From a virus: a DNA stretch of 64,000 bases. The stretch lies in the IMG/VR virus record IMGVR_UViG_3300050501_000322, one strand, 5' to 3'. Position 1 is the stretch's first letter, and each line of letters opens with the position of its first letter. A model generated the notes under the pieces. The model did not search any database. It saw only the letters and a program-made list of their open reading frames with translations, and was not told the origin of the DNA. Below, piece by piece: positions 1 to 6,206 of the stretch. The position numbers and the translations under genes are program-made.

Positions 1-9
1 CCCGTCAGG

Positions 10-630
10 GTGTTCAGTAAGGCGAGCTCAGTCGAACAGATCCTGGTCCGGCTCGACGACAAGCTCAGCCGGCTCGCGCGAGGCAACGAGGCCGACGAGG
101 ACGTCATTCTTGACTTGCTCGGCTACCTCGTGCTGCTCCGAATCGCGAGAAAGAGACAAGCGCCAAAGCACGACCTACAAGTGCACCTGATGGACGAGAC
201 CATGGCGAGCAGCACAAGGTGCGGAGTTTCTGGCTCAACGGCAGACAGAACCGAGCACGTAACATGTGGCAAGTGCCTGCACTCAGAGGGCCTGGTCCAA
301 CCGGTTCAGACCGTGCATCTGATCGAGTGGTCTGCATGGGTAAAAGCCATACACGACTCGACTGACGTTCTAACGTTCTGCGGAAAATCTGCGTTCAAAG
401 ACCTCCGTCGTGGTCAGGGAACCACGGACCCTGAACGCACGACCTGCCCGACATGCAAAGACGTCTACGATATTCAACACCCGGGCAAAGTCCCGCTCGT
501 TCAGACCGTACACATTGGTGGATTCGGTCCGGCACTGTGCGGCTACTTCGGTCCTGGAAAGTCCACCAGCGACCCCATGGCCGCGACCTGCGTCGAGTGC
601 AAGCGCGTCTACGAGGAGAAGAGCAAGTGA
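10..630 (+). CDS. DUF1599/Nmad1-like domain fused to three Cys/His zinc-finger-like repeats (probably 5'-truncated by the window edge)
   Basis: RLDDKLSRL...EDVILDLLGYLVL resembles DUF1599; then three H...CG...TCxxC repeats (TCGKC, TCPTC, TCVEC). Confidence 0.55.
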   Translation: MFSKASSVEQILVRLDDKLSRLARGNEADEDVILDLLGYLVLLRIARKRQAPKHDLQVHLMDETMASSTRCGVSGSTADRTEHVTCGKCLHSEGLVQPVQTVHLIEWSAWVKAIHDSTDVLTFCGKSAFKDLRRGQGTTDPERTTCPTCKDVYDIQHPGKVPLVQTVHIGGFGPALCGYFGPGKSTSDPMAATCVECKRVYEEKSK

Positions 631-899
631 ACAAGCCAATCGAGACCGCCTGGAAGAGGTTCGAGAGGATGGTCGTGCCCGCGGACGCGAGCGCGGTGCA
701 ACGCTCCGAGATGCGCAAATCCTTCTACGCCGGCGCCGCGATCGTGTTCAAAGTCATCACGCAGAACGTGAGCGAAGGCGAAGAAGTCCAAGAATCTGAC
801 CTGAAACTTCTGGACGACATCGCCCGCGAGGTCGATGAATTCGGAGTTGAGCTCGACGCTGCGGTCCTGGGGATCCGGCACGGAGGGCAGTCGTCGTGA
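627..899 (+). CDS. conserved phage hypothetical protein (90 aa)
   Basis: GTG at 627 overlaps the upstream stop (GTGA); contains EMRKSFYAGAA. Confidence 0.6.
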   Translation: MNKPIETAWKRFERMVVPADASAVQRSEMRKSFYAGAAIVFKVITQNVSEGEEVQESDLKLLDDIAREVDEFGVELDAAVLGIRHGGQSS

Positions 900-1300
900 G
901 TAAGGCCATCTTCGAGATCCGGGACGGTCGCTACGTAGCGGCCATCTTCTGGACCGCTATCGAAGGGACGAACGGGGCCATTATCGACATGCTCGGCATG
1001 CTGTGGCGCGACAGCCATCTAGGGCCGTGGACATTCAAGTTCCGCACGCGCATTCACGGCGACGGGTTCCCGGACGAGAAACAGACCGCCGAGGCCCAGC
1101 CGTCCGCTGAAGAAAACGAGGACGAGCTCGTCGAGACTCTGGTCCGTGTCTGGAAACGCGCCCAGGAACTCGGACTGGAAGCTGGAGTGATACGGCGGGT
1201 CCTCGACGAGCCAAAGGCCATCCCCGTGAAATCCAACCAGGCTGAGGTCGTATCGCGAATACTGCTGGCCCAGCCATTCTCGCAGGTGGTCGAAAAATGA
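896..1300 (+). CDS. hypothetical protein
   Basis: 134-aa ORF coupled to both neighbours by 4-nt overlaps. Confidence 0.6.
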   Translation: MSKAIFEIRDGRYVAAIFWTAIEGTNGAIIDMLGMLWRDSHLGPWTFKFRTRIHGDGFPDEKQTAEAQPSAEENEDELVETLVRVWKRAQELGLEAGVIRRVLDEPKAIPVKSNQAEVVSRILLAQPFSQVVEK

Positions 1301-2094
1301 AAATTCTCGACCACGGCTATCTCGAATACGTTGAACACTGGGGCTCTGACGAGTCAATCGTGCGTGCCGCGCGCATGAGCACGGACAAGGGCTTCCTCGG
1401 GTGGGGGCCGAAGGGTTGGAAATGCGACACTACTGGATGCGGCTGGAAAACCGATGACGTTGAGGGGCGTCCCGAATTCTGTCCAAAATGCGGCTGGCTG
1501 CGCTCGTCATTAGTGTCAATTCCAGGTGACGAGAAACTGCTCGCCTACATGTGGAAGCACGAGCACGGCACGCCGTTCGAGATGGCAGGGCTCACGATCG
1601 AGGTTCAGGCGCCCATCTTCGTCTTTCGAGAGTGGCACCGGCACCGCGTCCCGTTCGGTTACAACGAGCTCTCGGCTCGGTACACACCGATGCCAAACCT
1701 GAACTACGTGCCAACGGTCGAGCGCTGCATGATGGGCGGCGGCCACGTGACCAGGCAAGCCGGTACGGTCGAGTGGAGCGAGCCTCTCACTGACGAGGCT
1801 GCTGAGAACTGGCTGTCAAAACTCGAATGGCTCTACCGGCAGTGTGAGGACGTCTACCAGGAGGGCCTCAAAATCGGCATCCCGAAGGAGCTCGCTCGAT
1901 TGGCGGTCCCGGTCGGCCGCTACTCCCGCATGCGCGCTACGGGTAACCTCCGCGGCTGGCTCGCGTTCTGCAAGCTTCGAATGGCGAGTACCGCGCAATG
2001 GGAGATCAGACAGTACGCGAATTTCGTGGGTCAACTCCTATCCGAGCACTTCCCGCGCACGTGGGCGGTGAGCCAGGAGACGCGCAATGCCTGA
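1297..2094 (+). CDS. thyX: FAD-dependent thymidylate synthase with a Zn-ribbon-like insertion
   Basis: HGTPFE, APIFVFREWHRHR...NELSARY (ThyX signature), GNLRGW, AQWEIR; insert CDTTGC...CPKC. Confidence 0.95.
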   Translation: MKILDHGYLEYVEHWGSDESIVRAARMSTDKGFLGWGPKGWKCDTTGCGWKTDDVEGRPEFCPKCGWLRSSLVSIPGDEKLLAYMWKHEHGTPFEMAGLTIEVQAPIFVFREWHRHRVPFGYNELSARYTPMPNLNYVPTVERCMMGGGHVTRQAGTVEWSEPLTDEAAENWLSKLEWLYRQCEDVYQEGLKIGIPKELARLAVPVGRYSRMRATGNLRGWLAFCKLRMASTAQWEIRQYANFVGQLLSEHFPRTWAVSQETRNA

Positions 2095-2335
2095 ATTCAA
2101 GGCGGGCCTTTACAAGCACTACAAAGGCGGACTCTATCGTGCGCTCTTTCTGGCAACACACCACGAAACCGAAAAACAGTTCGTGGTCTACGTGGCGCTC
2201 GCCTACCCCGAGAGTGGCGTGCGAGTGCGAGAGCTTGAGGACTGGAACGCCGAAATCACTGAGACTCGATACAGAATGGACGGCGGCGATACTTACGAGC
2301 TTCACCAACATCGTTTCGAGCGGATCAGCGACTGA
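2087..2335 (+). CDS. DUF1653 family protein
   Basis: GLYKHYKGGLY...HHETEKQFVVY. Confidence 0.85.
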   Translation: MPEFKAGLYKHYKGGLYRALFLATHHETEKQFVVYVALAYPESGVRVRELEDWNAEITETRYRMDGGDTYELHQHRFERISD

Positions 2336-2336
2336 C

Positions 2337-2525
2337 GTGGCCCACCCTGAAGACGGCCGGCGCCCCGGCGACTCGTGTCGCCACAATAAGACCTTGGATA
2401 CCGGTTACTCGCACGGGATGCTCAAGTGGCGGTGTGGGTGCGGGCTCGAGTGGCTATCGGTTGCAGAGCCGGGGCAGGCGCCGCGGACGAGTCTCTTGTT
2501 TCCGAATCAGGGGAAGAAAAAATGA
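2337..2525 (+). CDS. small Cys/His hypothetical protein (62 aa)
   Basis: GTG 2337 fills the gap between coupled genes; CRH...WRCGCG. Confidence 0.4.
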   Translation: MAHPEDGRRPGDSCRHNKTLDTGYSHGMLKWRCGCGLEWLSVAEPGQAPRTSLLFPNQGKKK

Positions 2526-3796
2526 GTGAGCTACGCAAGGCAATCGAGGCCGCCGAGGAGTGGCGCAACGATCCGAACCGTCTCGGACTACCGATCGAAG
2601 AAGTCTGCGGCCTGATAGCCGCAGCCGAAGCCGCCGAGCAAGCCCTGCAAGCCGAACGCCTCCGCCGCGTCGACCCCGAGCGGCACGAGCAAGTCAGGAC
2701 GGAGCTGGCGGAGACGTCGCGGGCCCTGCAAGCCGAGAAAGAACTGCGATCACATGCTGTGCGAACAGGCATCGCGCTTGCGAAAGAACTGGAGGCGCTG
2801 CGGAAGGTGGAGCAGGCGGCGCGGGAGATGTACCGCACATGGATGGAACGCGCGGCGCTGGATTGGACCGACCTGCTGCAAGCCCTCGCTGCAGCCCGCG
2901 CCACCCGGGGGCAGACCGACCCTCCTGGTGTTGGAGACACGATCGACGGCGCTAGCGTCGAGGTAGTCGAAAACGTCGTAAGCATCTCGGTTACCGGTCA
3001 AAGACTTGTGCCAGCGGCCCGTTCGGAGGCAACTCCGATCGACGGCACTCACTCCGGGAGAGCGGGCCTGCAACCCCGTAGTGCGTCACGGCTCGACGTA
3101 GGCGACCCAACCGCAGGGGACTGTGAGCCGCGCGGTGACAGCCGGGAGAGACCGGCACTTTCCGAGCCCCAGCCCACCCCGCAGCCGGACGCGGGGGCTG
3201 ACCGCTGCGCACGGTTCAACGACACGACTGGCGCGCTCACCTGGAACTACCAAAGCGCAAGCCTGCACCCGGATCGTTGCAAGTGTCAGGGAAACGAAAC
3301 CACGCCACACAAGCACTACGCCTATCCGCCGTACGCATGCGCGCGGTGCTCAGACTGCAAGGCATACGAGCCCGCTGTCGCCGCCTCCCACCGGGCAGCG
3401 GAAGGCGCGGTGGGTGATCCGCTGGTCGTCACGAGGTCCGGGGCCGGCGTGCATGTCCTAGCGGACTGCCTAATCGAGATCGGCCAGCTTCGCGAGATGC
3501 TGCGAAAGGCAGAGGCGGATGCCGTTTACCACTCTGGACAGCGGCAGAAGCTGCACGAGGAGCTGAAAGCTGCCGAGGCGCACCTCTTGGCCTGGGCCGG
3601 GGTGGCGCGTGAGAAACAAGCCAGGATTCAAGCGGCCGAAGCGGAGCGGGATGAGCTTCGCGCGAAGCTCTTCACCACAGAAACCCATTTGCTGGCCTAC
3701 TGGATAGGCCGACCCAGCTTCGAAACTGCAGAGCTCGCAAGAACCATCTTCGAAAATCGAGAAAGAGGAGTATCGAATGACCAAAAAGATCGATGA
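2522..3796 (+). CDS. coiled-coil hypothetical protein with a Cys-rich patch
   Basis: ATG 2522 overlaps the upstream stop; heptad-rich ends; CARCSDC in the middle. Confidence 0.55.
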   Translation: MSELRKAIEAAEEWRNDPNRLGLPIEEVCGLIAAAEAAEQALQAERLRRVDPERHEQVRTELAETSRALQAEKELRSHAVRTGIALAKELEALRKVEQAAREMYRTWMERAALDWTDLLQALAAARATRGQTDPPGVGDTIDGASVEVVENVVSISVTGQRLVPAARSEATPIDGTHSGRAGLQPRSASRLDVGDPTAGDCEPRGDSRERPALSEPQPTPQPDAGADRCARFNDTTGALTWNYQSASLHPDRCKCQGNETTPHKHYAYPPYACARCSDCKAYEPAVAASHRAAEGAVGDPLVVTRSGAGVHVLADCLIEIGQLREMLRKAEADAVYHSGQRQKLHEELKAAEAHLLAWAGVAREKQARIQAAEAERDELRAKLFTTETHLLAYWIGRPSFETAELARTIFENRERGVSNDQKDR

Positions 3797-4457
3797 CCGT
3801 TTCAGCCCGGCCCGACTCTACGACCGCTATCGCGTCACCATCTCCGTTCGCGACCGCATCTGCGGCGGGATGCCCAAGAACCCGGACCTGATCAAGAACT
3901 GGGTCGAGGCGACGACCGGCTACGCCGACGAGATCTCAGAGAAGCTCGTCCAGGAGAACGCCGAGCTCGTCGTCAATGAAGTCGCGGAGAAGTGCTGGAA
4001 CGGGTTTCCGGAAGACCCTGTGCGTGGCCTCTTCGTGCCGTGCCGAAACATCAAGGCATGCTTGAAGCAGTCAGCGCAACTCCTCGGCATCTACAAGCAA
4101 AAACGCGGCTCGAAGCAGATCATGGCCGAAGGCATGGAGGTGAAGGGTCAAGAGCTCGACGGACGCACCGATCGCGTTTACTTGCAGGGCAAGAAACAGC
4201 CCGACGGTACCGACGAGAGCGCGATCCATGTGATGACCGCGCAAGGACCGCGGACAGCTTTGAGAAGAATGGACTACGTCACGCAGCCGACGCTCTCGTT
4301 CGAGATCTGGGTCCTGAAGACCGCCGCGCAAGAGACCAGGCACATCGGCGAAGAGCAGCTCGTCGAGATTCTGACACACGCCCAGGAGAACGGCCTTGGA
4401 GCTTCAAGGAGCCAAGGCGAAGGCAAATTTTCAGTCGTCGAGTTTCAGAAGATCTGA
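3777..4457 (+). CDS. stand-alone Cas7-like RAMP (RRM-fold) protein
   Basis: SD AGAGGAG; N-terminal strand YRVTISVRDRICGG, LFVPCRNIKACLKQSA (RAMP IPxxxxKG-like helix), C-terminal Gly-rich loop NGLGASRSQGEGKF; no other cas gene in the window. Confidence 0.8.
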   Translation: MTKKIDDRFSPARLYDRYRVTISVRDRICGGMPKNPDLIKNWVEATTGYADEISEKLVQENAELVVNEVAEKCWNGFPEDPVRGLFVPCRNIKACLKQSAQLLGIYKQKRGSKQIMAEGMEVKGQELDGRTDRVYLQGKKQPDGTDESAIHVMTAQGPRTALRRMDYVTQPTLSFEIWVLKTAAQETRHIGEEQLVEILTHAQENGLGASRSQGEGKFSVVEFQKI

Positions 4458-5074
4458 CCGAAGCGACACTCCGAGTCGGCGCCTTCCAACGCGACTACCC
4501 ATCCCGAGCCGCGACCTTCCGAGTTCCTTCCGAATCGACAAGCCACTCCTCGCCCACCCCAAACTGCGCGACCTACCAACTCGCGGCCGCGCCCATGACC
4601 AATCCCGAGCCGCGACCTTCCAGCGCGACACTCCGAATCTAACCCCGCCAACGCGACGTTCCGTAACCGATCGTTCCAACGCGACTACCCACGCCGCGTC
4701 AAGCCAACCCAACGCGACGAGACTGTCCGAGTTCCTTCCGACGCGACGAACCGAGCCACGACCATTTCCACCCATCACGACCTACCAACTCGGCCCTGCA
4801 CGAAGCGACAAGCCACTCCTCGTCCACCCCAAACTGCACGACGTACCAGACCTTTTCTCTCCTACGCGACAAACCGGGTCGTTCCGAACCAACGCGACGT
4901 TCCGTAACCGATCGTTCCAACGCGACGTTCCGTAACCGACCAACGCGACACGCCCCCTACCTGCGCGACACGCTACGCCGTTCCGTCCCCAAGCACGAGC
5001 CGGCGCGACGATACTGTCCGGGCCACTCCCATTCCTACTTCTACGCGACATTCCAGGCCTAACCAACCCAAACC
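4458..5074 (+). repeat. pentamer-periodic array: (NNN-CC)n-NNN-GCGAC units of mostly 23-33 nt; candidate guide-RNA array
   Basis: About 22 (G/A/T)CGAC delimiters (e.g. 4463, 4491, 4568, 4653, 4681, 4714, 4805, 4866, 4894, 4922, 4945, 5045) separated by 5-nt blocks ending in CC/TC/AC; spans RAMP stop to the next ATG. Confidence 0.9.
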
Positions 5075-5728
5075 ATGACCACCCCTCCCGCCCTGCACTC
5101 GAGCACCACCCAGGAACACCTCACTCCCGCCGACGTCGTCGAAGCAGGGCGCGCGACGCTCGGCGGGTTTGACCTCGACCCAGCCACGACACCGTTCGCG
5201 AACGAGCTCGTCCAGGCGACCAAGATCTACACGCGCGCCGACGACGGCCTGGTCCAGCCCTGGCACGGCCGCGTGTTCCTGAACCCGCCGGGAGGCTCGC
5301 TCGACGAGGTCGTCTGCGGCACGCGTTCGAACCAGGCGCTCTGGTGGGGGCGCCTGGCGAGCGCCTGGGCGTCCGGCGAGGTCGAAGCGGCCATCTTCGT
5401 CGGCTTCTCCCTCGAGCTCCTGCAGGCCGCCCAGAGCCTCGTTCCGGCCGTCCCACAGCCGCTCGACTTCCCGGTCTGCATCCCGAAGAAGCGCATCAAG
5501 TTCGACGTGCTGGCCGACGACCTCCTCGCCCGGCTCCGGGCCGAGTATGAGACCATCCCGGCCGGCAAAGTCGACCGGCTCGCGAGGATGACCAACCAGA
5601 TGGTTCGCCTCGAGCAGCTCCGGGGCCAGCGAGTCTCTGGCGACCAGCCGACGCATGGGAACATCATCGTCGGCGTGGGCGTCCGCGATCTGTCGGCGTT
5701 CAACGAAATTGGTTACGTTCGCTATTGA
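5075..5728 (+). CDS. phage N6-adenine DNA methyltransferase (Dam-like family)
   Basis: FDLDPA (motif I-like), DDGLVQPWHGRVFLNPPG (motif IV-like). Confidence 0.8.
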   Translation: MTTPPALHSSTTQEHLTPADVVEAGRATLGGFDLDPATTPFANELVQATKIYTRADDGLVQPWHGRVFLNPPGGSLDEVVCGTRSNQALWWGRLASAWASGEVEAAIFVGFSLELLQAAQSLVPAVPQPLDFPVCIPKKRIKFDVLADDLLARLRAEYETIPAGKVDRLARMTNQMVRLEQLRGQRVSGDQPTHGNIIVGVGVRDLSAFNEIGYVRY

Positions 5729-6206
5729 ACGCAAACGACCGGCCGAACGGCCGAACGGGCGCTTCGCCTAACAAGTCGCCTAACAATAACGCGCTGCATT
5801 ATGAAAATAAACCCCAAAATGATCGTTTTTCTGCGGTGCATTATGAAAAATAATTCTGTGCGTCAATTTGAGACGCAACGCGCTAATTCGGGAGGTCAAA
5901 ACAAGAAACATTCGGCCGGCTCATCAAAAAATATTTGTTTGGTGATTTGTTAGTTACTTATGTATTTGATATTCTTTATTTATTCTACATAGTCTAATAA
6001 ATAACATGAAATTTGATAAAAAATAGAAAGGGTAGATAAAATAGATAGATGTAGGATATTTTAGTTTTTAGATGTAAGTATTTATCCTACAGTTTGACAT
6101 GTACGGGGGGGACCTAGTATAAGTAGTGGATCGACTGACCCCTCTTCCCCCCAAATCGTTGAATAAATACCTGGAGGCCAGAAAGCTTGACTAACTGAAC
6201 GGGGGC
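5729..6206. other. AT-rich non-coding region, candidate replication origin
   Basis: Only strongly AT-rich tract in a GC-rich genome; TGCATTATGAAAA at 5795 and 5837; inverted repeat TGTAGGATA (6050-6058) / TATCCTACA (6083-6091); directly upstream of the primase-helicase. Confidence 0.6.
6094..6123 (+). promoter_or_regulatory. sigma70-like promoter for the replication operon
   Basis: TTGACA (6094-6099), 18 nt, TATAAG (6118-6123). Confidence 0.5.

Noticed and set aside
4396-5066. ORFs of 68-179 aa on both strands across the array
   Set aside because: Low-complexity Arg/Pro/Thr or Gly/Arg/Val translations produced by the 5-nt repeat; no SD; unit indels are not multiples of 3
4458-5074. Canonical CRISPR array
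   Set aside because: No constant 23-47 nt repeat alternating with unique spacers; the invariant part is only about 5 nt plus periodic CC; no leader or cas1/2
6074-6090. Self-target of array unit 4843 in the AT-rich region (GTAAGTATTTATCCTAC)
   Set aside because: Resembles GTA AGA TTT TCT TAC but does not fit any uniform gap rule I tried by hand
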